Positions 55,998 to 64,000 of a DNA stretch of 64,000 nt are shown piece after piece. The notes under the pieces are model-generated. The model ran no database searches. It had not been told where the DNA came from and worked only from the letters and a program-made list of their open reading frames with translations. A program made the position numbers and the translations under genes. Within the stretch, counting starts at the first letter, position 1. Each line of letters begins with the position of its first letter. The stretch comes from Rebecca billardiae RCC1528 (Eukaryota > Protista > Haptophyta), in NCBI GenBank assembly GCA_965240325.2, contig OZ251227.1, positions 2,356,001 to 2,420,000 on the forward strand, written 5' to 3'.

Positions 55998-56853
55998 TCA
56001 TTGCCACAGCGAGAACGGCGCGGGTCGGTAGAAGGCGGTCGAGAAAGACTGGACCATGGGCGCGACCTCGCCGATCGTGGCGCGCCACTCGGTGCTCCTG
56101 CGCCCCGCCTCCCTGCCGCGCATGGCCTCCTGCATCGACGCGTAGCGCCACACCTGGCGGCGGCGGCGGGGGTCGTGGGAGGCAGAGAGTCGTAGCGTGA
56201 GTTGTGCCGCACTGATGTGGCACCGGCACGGCGCCTGCTACCGTCCCTACGCCGTGTTGTCGCGCGCGCGGCGCGGAGCGCGGCGCAGCGCCCACCTCGA
56301 CGAATCGATTGAGAGGGCCTACGTCTGTGTACGCCATCATCGCGATCTGCGCGCGGCGCTCCTCGTCCGCCTCGATCTTGCTGGGCAGACCACGCGCAAA
56401 CGCTTCGCGCAGCTTGGGGATGGGGTTGTACCCCAGTTCGAGCTGATACTCGCGCCACTCGTAGACACCAGGCTGCGCGGCTGTGTCCGGGATGGCAAAG
56501 TGTGTCGCAGAGCCGTTTCCGGCAGCACCCGCCGCGAGCGTGCACTCGAGCGCCTCCGCGTAGATCTCGCTTGAATCACCAGCTACGTTGGCGAGACCGC
56601 CCGCCTCGTGAGCCCGCTCAACCTCGGCCTCGGACGCATCGCGCTCGTCGAGCGAAGCCCAGCTCGACAGGTGCAGCACTGCGGAGAGGTCTGCACCAGC
56701 AGCGGGTATGAGCGTTGCCAGGTAACCAGGCGGCGGTTTGGAGGCGGCAAGGTGCGCACCGTACGCCTTCAGATAGCCCTTGCGCCCCGCGGCGTGCAGC
56801 GAGCAACGCCTCACCTCGAGGAAGCCGACCGCCTGGACAAGACGAGACGTCAT
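55998..56853 (-). CDS. NIPSNAP: NIPSNAP family protein, 2 exons, ~237 aa
   Basis: Exons 56853-56296 and 56153-55998. Two NIPSNAP repeats: HLSSWASLDERD; VYEWREYQL..TDVGPLNRFVEVWRYAS..R..W..P.PFS.WQ. Confidence 0.88.
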
Positions 56854-57183
56854 GGCCCGGATGCACGCGGCTTGACGGCGGAGACGACGACGATGGTGGC
56901 GGGACCACCGTCACCACCCTTGGTTTTGCGGAATTGCCGCCAATTGCGGCCGATGATTGCGGGCGCGCATCAAGGTTTTTTTTATTTTTTTTCAGCGTGA
57001 GCGTCGAAAGTGATTTATCTGCGTGGGTCTGCCCCCCCACGGACGCACCCTTCCACTTGAACGCAGGGCCAGGACCGAGAGCGCTGCTCCGGTCTGTCCG
57101 GTCTCCGGAAGCCACACTCAGTCAATATTAAATGCCACCCCCACGACTGCACGAGCCACGGTCCGGCAGCTACTCATATATCC

Positions 57184-58269
57184 TCAAGATGCGGGTGGCG
57201 CAGTGACTTCGGGCCGGTAAAGCGTGGGCTCGATCTCGCAGCCGGCCCCATCCGACGCGCCACTGCTGCGCGCCGAATGAGAGCCCGCGCCGTGCCCCGA
57301 CGTTCGCACCTTGATGCGTGGGCGCGAGGGCACGGCGCCAAGGGCGCGCCGAGCGATGGCCGCGGCGCTGAAGGCAGAGCCCTTCGGTCGGTTCGCTGGT
57401 GAAGGCGACTCCGGCGTGGACTCTGCGGGCAGATCCACCGCGGTTGGCGCCAGCTGGAGCTCCACCAATTCCGAATCCGCGCCGTCGTCGGACGCGCCCG
57501 CCTTGCCCGCAGCACGGTCCTTCGGCTTGGCGGCGGCAGGCGCGTTGGCATGTGAGGCATCTGCAGCGTCTGCGCCGCCTCCGGCGCTGCGCAGGTCCCA
57601 GGGTGAGGTGGTGAGGCTGAGCTGGAAGGCCACCTGTGACAGCGTGCGCAGCGTGGCCGTCAGCCGCGCCAGCAGCTGCGGCTGCCGCATGGCCGCCGTG
57701 GGGTCGTACCAGCGCGTCATGGCGGAGGCGTCCGCGCCGAGAGCGCCGATCGCGTCGGCCAGGACGCAGCAGTTGAGTGCGTGGCGGATCCACGGCTCGA
57801 GCCGATCGTACTCGTGCGCGTCGCCGAGCCCGCGCAGTGCGCAAATGTGCGAGACCGTGTGGGCCGCCGACGCCGCGCAGCGTGGTAGCTCCTGCTTGAC
57901 GACGCGCCACGCGCTCACACGCGCCAGGGCCTTGGACCCGGGCGCGTGGATGCGCCGCGCGACGTCCAGACCGATGAGCCCGTGCTCGAGGATGGCGCGT
58001 ATGGCCGCGCAGAGAGCTACTGGGTACGGCGAACCGTCTGTGACGCGGTCGCCGTCAACCGAGCGCTCGGCCCGCAGTCCGCTGCCGTCGTCCGCGCAAC
58101 GCTGCCCTGTCAGCTCAGCGACGATCAGATCCAGCTGCTCCACCTCGTGCGCGGCAGGTGCTGCGGCGGGTGCGCCGGTGGGTGCGGCGTGCACGAGGTC
58201 GCGCACCGCCTGCAGGGTGCCCGCACCGCCGCGCCACGGCGCGAACACCATGGACGGAAGGCTCGCCAT
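57184..58269 (-). CDS. RUN-domain protein
   Basis: LCAAIRAILEHGL, W..V, WIRHALN, WYDPTA.MR and L.TL..V.F.L match RUN blocks. Confidence 0.8.
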   Translation of the reverse strand: MASLPSMVFAPWRGGAGTLQAVRDLVHAAPTGAPAAAPAAHEVEQLDLIVAELTGQRCADDGSGLRAERSVDGDRVTDGSPYPVALCAAIRAILEHGLIGLDVARRIHAPGSKALARVSAWRVVKQELPRCAASAAHTVSHICALRGLGDAHEYDRLEPWIRHALNCCVLADAIGALGADASAMTRWYDPTAAMRQPQLLARLTATLRTLSQVAFQLSLTTSPWDLRSAGGGADAADASHANAPAAAKPKDRAAGKAGASDDGADSELVELQLAPTAVDLPAESTPESPSPANRPKGSAFSAAAIARRALGAVPSRPRIKVRTSGHGAGSHSARSSGASDGAGCEIEPTLYRPEVTAPPAS

Positions 58270-58657
58270 GACGCGGCCTCCCGTGCTGGTTCACAGCAGG
58301 CGGTCGCCAGGCGGTCGGTTGCGAAGACTGTCGCGCGAACAGTGACGAGTCACGCCGAGCTTCCTGATTGGCTGGCGGTGGAGTCGGCCTCGGCAAGCGG
58401 GCAAGGAGCCTGCTTGCCGCTTGGACCTCCGCTCCTTGCAAGGGCAGCCGGGCGTGGGGCGTCGACGCGTACGCGGGGTGCGCTCGACGCGCCAGCCGCG
58501 CGTGCGCGCGCCCCTCGGGGCCGTCTCTGCGCATGTACCCCACCTGCAAGGGCACGCCCATCCCCGCGGCCCTGACTCCCGGTGCACGTGCGCGACCATC
58601 GACCGCCGCCGCCGCTGGCCGCGCAGATCGGTCCGATCCTCGCGAGTGCACGCAGCC

Positions 58658-59158
58658 ATGCTCACCTACGCGGTGTACACGATCGTCTCCACGCTGGTGG
58701 CGCTCTTGTACCCCGCCTTCATGTCGTTCAAGGCGATCAAGTCCGCCAAGGAGTCGCGCAAGTGGCTCGAGTACTGGTCGGTGTACTCACTCTTCTCCGT
58801 GGTCGAGTTCTTTGTGCTCGACAACCTGATCTCAGGCTTGCCGCTCTACTACCTGCTCAAGCTGGTGTTCGTGTGCTGGCTGGTGAAAGACGGCGCGAGC
58901 CCGCTGTATAAGAACGTCCTGGAGAAGCAGCTCGTGCAGCACGAGAAGGCAATCGACGTGGCGTTGGAAAAGGCGTACGCACAGGCGTCCACCAAGCTGC
59001 TCGAGGGCAAGCAGCTCGTGCTCGACCTGACGAAGAAGCACGCCGGCTCGATCTTCGACGCGGTCGCGGCTGGGAAGGCCCCAGCCGCAGCCGGAAAGCC
59101 CGCAGCGGCGGCGCCCAGCGCCGCGGCGCCCAAGCCGAAGTCGAGCAAGGCAGAGTGA
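58658..59158 (+). CDS. HVA22/TB2-DP1/REEP (Yop1-like) ER-shaping protein
   Basis: LYPAFMSFKAI..KWLEYWSVYSLF..PLYYLLKL.F..WL..GA..LY. Confidence 0.93.
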   Translation: MLTYAVYTIVSTLVALLYPAFMSFKAIKSAKESRKWLEYWSVYSLFSVVEFFVLDNLISGLPLYYLLKLVFVCWLVKDGASPLYKNVLEKQLVQHEKAIDVALEKAYAQASTKLLEGKQLVLDLTKKHAGSIFDAVAAGKAPAAAGKPAAAAPSAAAPKPKSSKAE

Positions 59159-60871
59159 CCTGTGGGCCGCGCTGCTTTGCATAAGCACCTCGCGGGGGAT
59201 GGCAGCCGCGGCGCGAGATCCACGGGGCATGGCACACGGCACGGCTCGGCGGCAGCGGCGCAGGCTGGTGCAGGCTCGGACCTTGCCCGCGGGCTTCTCT
59301 GGATGTCCGATCTCGCGTCGTCAGCGCCGTTGGCGTTGCTTCAAGCACGGCCCGTCATGTGCGTCGGCGTGACACGGGCCTGACGACCGGCGCCTGCGGT
59401 CAACTCGGTGAGCAATGGTATTATAGTGACCGTATCTCGGTCTCGGACCGTCAGTTGATTGATGCCAGCAGTTCATTCGGTTGTGGGTGCGGACTGACCG
59501 CCAGTAGGCAGTACTCGCGCGCCCGCCGCCGACTACCCGCCGGCCCGGCAGCCGCCTGAATGCCGATCACGATGAGCGGATGAGGCCGCTAGACGCGTCA
59601 CAGCAGTTGAGCATTAGCCATTAACCTACTGTTATCCGGTAGTACTAGTAAGTAGTTTCACGCCGACGAATTCCGATGAAAGACTGCTGATGACGATCCG
59701 ACCGTCGGGCGGACTCTGACGGTGCTACCCGTCAGCCAGTCGTACAGTACCGTGAAGCCTGACGGAACGCGCCGGACCGAGACTCGAGAGTGAGGAGAGT
59801 GCCCGATCAACGGTACTGCCCGGCACTGACGGTACTTATGGAGCAGTGACTCTGTACTACGACTTCGTCGGGCTGCGCGCCGATTGACGATCGAATGACG
59901 ACGACGACTGAGGCTACGGTCGTGTCGTCCGATTCTCGACTTCGAGCCCGAGCCATGACTCATGAGCCAGTAGCTAGACTGCTATAGTGATTATTAAGCC
60001 GAGAGTAATTGATGAGTGGCTCGCTCCTCAATAGTAATTGATGGCGGCACTGTCGGTCGTTTCTGATGGTTGCTCTACTTAGATTGCAGGCGGTGGCCGA
60101 TTAGCCGTCCGATGACGGCCCCCGGCCGCACTCCCAGCCCCAGGCTGGCACAACTGATTTTAAGCGCCGATCTCATCTGATCCGATCTGACTTCTGAGTG
60201 ATTCTCACTATCAATAACGTCTACCGAATACGACAGTGCTCTCTAGTTACTAGTAGTGTCTGACGCGCAGCTGGCGACTGATCATTGTCGTCTGATGAGT
60301 GATGATGGCTATATTTACCGACGTGGCATGCAACGGGCAGGTGTCAGGCTGAGTGCAGGTAGACACACACTTTTCTGTCACTTACAGTAGAACTTAGTTA
60401 GAAGGCGTGGCCCGCGCGCGACTTCCATTTCGGAGTAGTTATGAGCGAATTACTTATTAACGGACGGAACAGCTGCGGATCAAAGTCAGAAACCACGGCG
60501 GGATAGCTTACAGACAGACGACAGTACCGTCATGGTCTGAGTCCCGAACACGTTTGCCAGCATGACATCGCATTCAGATGGCATGGGCGCGGCCCGCCAT
60601 TTCGTTCATTCGTCATTTCCGTGATTTCGGCTGACTTAGCAGCGCCTGCTTAGTTCCATCGCGGCACGGTCATCAAGAGTGATACGATCTACTCGTGTTT
60701 ACCTAGTACTGTACTCCTCGGTGATCGTAGGATCACTCTCAATAGTCACATGACGACTCAGAGTCGACATGATTCCGCGGCGCGTTTAAGACCGCAACTC
60801 GTCACTCACCGGCGGCTGCGGCGACGACCCGTAGTGGCGCGTGACTCAGTCAGGCTCTCATCACGGCGAGG

Positions 60872-61387
60872 TCAGAGCTCGTCCGTACCATGCCCGGCAG
60901 AACCGGGTCCGCCAACAGCGAGCGTCGCTTTCATCGCCTCTCCACTCTCCGCCACCGCGTTGTCCACAAGCAGGGTGCGGACTTGTGCATCGATTGACAA
61001 GCCGCCGCCGCCTAAATCAAGCACCTCAGCGTCTCGTGCACGCTTGGTGAAGAGCAGCAGCTTTGGGCACCGACGCGCGCGGATGTTGAACTCGGAGGCA
61101 CCTGCCTTCGCCTCGGCAACGTCCACTATCCCACCCTTGACGAGGGGTGCGAGGGACTGGAGTGCATTGTCAAAGAGCACCTTGGCATCAGCGCTCTTGC
61201 CAGCCGTTGCCTCAGACGAATCTGAGGTGAAGAGCACGGCCCACACGACTGGGTCGTCAAGCACAGCTTCAAAGTCTGCGTCACTCCGGACGTGCTCGAG
61301 GGCGTTCGCACTTCCGACGAGGCTGGCAGCGCAGGCAATATTCAACACGGCCAGCGCGTGAAAGCGGACGCTGGGGGCGGACGCCAT
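60872..61387 (-). CDS. ER-luminal thioredoxin/PDI-like protein lacking CxxC, C-terminal TDEL
   Basis: Signal peptide; DFEAVL..VWAVLFT, L..LVK.G.VDV, F.I...PKLLLF; ends in GTDEL. Confidence 0.7.
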   Translation of the reverse strand: MASAPSVRFHALAVLNIACAASLVGSANALEHVRSDADFEAVLDDPVVWAVLFTSDSSEATAGKSADAKVLFDNALQSLAPLVKGGIVDVAEAKAGASEFNIRARRCPKLLLFTKRARDAEVLDLGGGGLSIDAQVRTLLVDNAVAESGEAMKATLAVGGPGSAGHGTDEL

Positions 61388-61484
61388 TGTAATAAGGTGT
61401 CGTACGCGGACAGGGCCGTAATTAGTAATTACGGGACGTAAACTTTTTAAAACATGCATGTGCACCGCCCATCCGCCGGCGGGG

Positions 61485-62426
61485 ATGTCGGGCGACTTCC
61501 TCTCACGCGCCACCGAGTCGGCCGGGCTGCCGCCTGTGTACGTCCTCGCGTTCTCGGCGGCGAGTACCAGCCTCCTGACGGCAATCATTTTCGGCCCGCC
61601 TAACCTGATAAATCGCTCCGCCAGCCGTGTCCGGCCGGTCGTGCAGCTCGCGCTCTTTGCCCTTGCGATCCACTGCGCGGTCGACGACGTGCGACGCATG
61701 CATCGATGCGTGACGGACCCGAGCGATGCCAGCCGTTGGGAGCGTGCAAACGGCGTGATCACGATATGGATCTCGTCCACCAACTTACTCAAGGGCTACG
61801 CCATGCAGGGCGTCTTCAACCTGCACCACAAGGTGATCCTGTGGTCTGCTGCACATGGAGTGGAGGGATCCAGCAGTCTCAGACCGCCAGACACCATGGG
61901 CACGGTCGCGTCGATGCTTTACTTCTTCTTCGCGGTGTGCTACATTTACCCGAGCGCTATGATCGTCATCTTCAGCATGCCTGCCGCGCTCGCGTACTGC
62001 TACGTCTTCGCCCCCGTGTACTTGCTGCTCGAGTACTTGAGCCGAGAGCCGATGGCGTGGCTGATTGAGCGGGCGCGCCGGGCGCCGGACTCGCCCGTGC
62101 AGCTCGAGACGCAGGTCGAGCTGTCAGACGAGCAGCAAGCGGCGGCGCTGGCGTCGATCGGCTCGATCGTCAATCCGTACGAGCGTGAGCACCGCGTCTT
62201 CCTCGCGCTGGGCGCACCGCTGTTCGCATGGCAGACGTTCTTCTATTGGCCTCTGCTCGCGCCTCTCTTCAGCTTCGTCAGCGTGTGCAACGCGCGCCTC
62301 GTGTGCGGAGTGGGCTACTGGGGCGCGCTGCGGACAACGTTTGGCGAGCGCTCCATGCGTTCGTGGCTCGCCGCGATCGCCGGCGATCTTGCAGCTGGTG
62401 TGCAGGCTGGATACCTGCTGCTGTGA
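61485..62426 (+). CDS. Multi-pass membrane hypothetical protein
   Basis: ORF of about 313 aa with several hydrophobic helices and GC3-biased codons. Confidence 0.65.
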   Translation: MSGDFLSRATESAGLPPVYVLAFSAASTSLLTAIIFGPPNLINRSASRVRPVVQLALFALAIHCAVDDVRRMHRCVTDPSDASRWERANGVITIWISSTNLLKGYAMQGVFNLHHKVILWSAAHGVEGSSSLRPPDTMGTVASMLYFFFAVCYIYPSAMIVIFSMPAALAYCYVFAPVYLLLEYLSREPMAWLIERARRAPDSPVQLETQVELSDEQQAAALASIGSIVNPYEREHRVFLALGAPLFAWQTFFYWPLLAPLFSFVSVCNARLVCGVGYWGALRTTFGERSMRSWLAAIAGDLAAGVQAGYLLL

Positions 62427-63080
62427 CGCTATGCCGCACGCGGCACTGCAGTCAGGCGGCGCGGCAGCTGTATGATATTAGATCCGGACGAAATGCGCGT
62501 TCACACCCGGCGGCGCCATGCCCACCATGACCCAGTCACTCAGCGGGTGATGCCTATATATATATATATCATGATCATCACGACGATAGACAAGGATCGA
62601 CTCGACACTTCTCTGGGCAGACGATTGCGCTTGGCCAGCGCCCAGCAGCGAGGTGGCGCCTGGCGGCCCGATGGCGATAACATTGATCGATCGAGGGTTG
62701 CTACTTGCTGCTGGCCCCGCATCAGTCTCACCGTCACGCGCGCAGGCACCGCCAGCACTGCTTAGCAGTCTGCAGTGCGCGGCTCAAGCCCCAGGCCGCG
62801 CGGCGCATCGGCCGCAAGCCTCCACAGCGGTGGCTCGCGGCCTCGCGCTTCAGCTTCGGCTTGGTCGGCGAGAGTGACTTGGCGCGTGCGAGGGCGTGCG
62901 GGGATCGTGGCACGCGCCCGGCACCAGCCTCGAGTCTGGCGCTCCAGTTCACGGACAGCCTCCGGCTTCACGGGCGGTGACCAAGGGCCCTTGCGGTGAC
63001 ACTACTGACAGTCTTTGGCGGTCGGCGTCGATCTCGCCTGCACTGGCTGCAGAGCTACCTGAGCTGTGTGCGTCTCATCT

Positions 63081-63867
63081 ATAACCGCGCGCGCGTCGCG
63101 CTCCTTCTGGCGATCCGGTGTTTACGATAGGCGGATGCAGGGGTTGCCTGGGGCCGCCAGTCGCCACGGGGGGGGGCAGGGCGGCGAGGCAGCGCCCGCC
63201 CGGCAGCACATCGCCCCCCCCGTGGACGCTGACTCAAGCCGCACCCACCCCAGCGCGGCGATCCCACGCCAGGGAGGGCGGGCGGGAGGCGGAGGAGCGC
63301 CGCTGGCTGTCCGTGAGTGTGCCGGCGCCGCCGCGGCCTGCCGCCCGGGGGCCCCGGGCCCGGGCGGGGCCGCTGTGCTCAGGCGTCGGCCGGGGCAGGG
63401 TGCGCCGGGGGGCAGTCGCGGCGGAAGCGGTCGGCTGCACGACGTGGGCTGCCCTGACCGGCCCCGAAGGTGCGCCTGTCACGCCGAGGGTCGGCCCTCC
63501 TGCAGGTACGCTCACTTTCCGCTTGGTACCCGCGCCGCAAAGGCGAGCTGCTTCCGACTCACATCTCGTCACCGTGCGGTCACTCCGGCGATGCCGCTGC
63601 GAGCGCCGAGCCCGCGTCCGGCCAGGTATACGCCCACCTAGCGGGGAGGGGCACGGGCGGCGGCGGAGCAGCGACGCGGCAGTCATAACGCGATAACCGC
63701 CGCGGACTGCCAAACCCACCACTCCCGTCGCGTCGGCCATCGCCCCATAACCGCGCGCGCGTCGCGCTCCTTCTGGCGATCCGGTGTTTACGATAGGCGG
63801 ATGCAGGGGTTGCCTGGGGCCGCCAGTCGCCACGGGGGGGGGCAGGGCGGCGAGGCAGCGCCCGCCC
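63081..63867. repeat. ~121-bp direct repeat, 2 copies 666 bp apart
   Basis: 63081-63201 and 63747-63867 (ATAACCGCGCGCGCGTCGCGCTCCTTCTGGCGATCC...GCAGCGCCCGCCC) appear identical. Confidence 0.9.
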
Positions 63868-64000
63868 AAAGAGGCGCAGCGCCAGGCGCCACGCCGGCGT
63901 GGCCGGCGTCGGCCGGCGCGGCCGAGGCCAGGCCCGGCCCCGACCCCCAGAGGCGCAGCGCCCTGCCCACCACCACGCCGCACGCCGCCGGTGTGAGGCC

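Overview
Very GC-rich eukaryotic nuclear DNA. It has short GC-rich GT-AG introns, a ciliary CFAP77 gene and algal-type GT77 glycosyltransferase genes; by inference this is a flagellated alga, most plausibly a haptophyte such as a Pavlovales species. About 20 protein-coding genes can be supported: a tandem-domain GT77 glycosyltransferase, MaoC dehydratase, R2R3-MYB, XPB/ERCC3, an FBXO31-like F-box protein, TruA-type pseudouridine synthase, a beta-propeller glycosyltransferase-like protein, a 2OG-Fe(II) oxygenase, CFAP77, a sulfotransferase-like protein, an SDR, an F-box protein with a DDB1-like segment, NIPSNAP, a RUN-domain protein, HVA22/REEP, an ER thioredoxin-like protein and several hypotheticals. 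Many are arranged head-to-head. Mobile DNA includes (i) a young gag-only LTR element (12626-16081; apparently identical 312-bp LTRs, CCAGT TSD, no canonical PBS), (ii) a 441-bp MITE with a 9-bp TSD, and (iii) two copies of an apparently non-autonomous Helentron/Helitron2-like element (45705-47447, 52076-53360) with conserved ends, an asymmetric inverted repeat and a terminal GAA-loop hairpin but different cargo. Other oddities are an 80-bp near-perfect inverted repeat inside the truA-like ORF, a GATC-saturated island at about 1.1-1.55 kb, and paired repeat copies that differ mainly by 2-7-nt insertions. Family assignments come from motif recognition by eye, not from database searches. No rRNA, tRNA or CRISPR array was seen.
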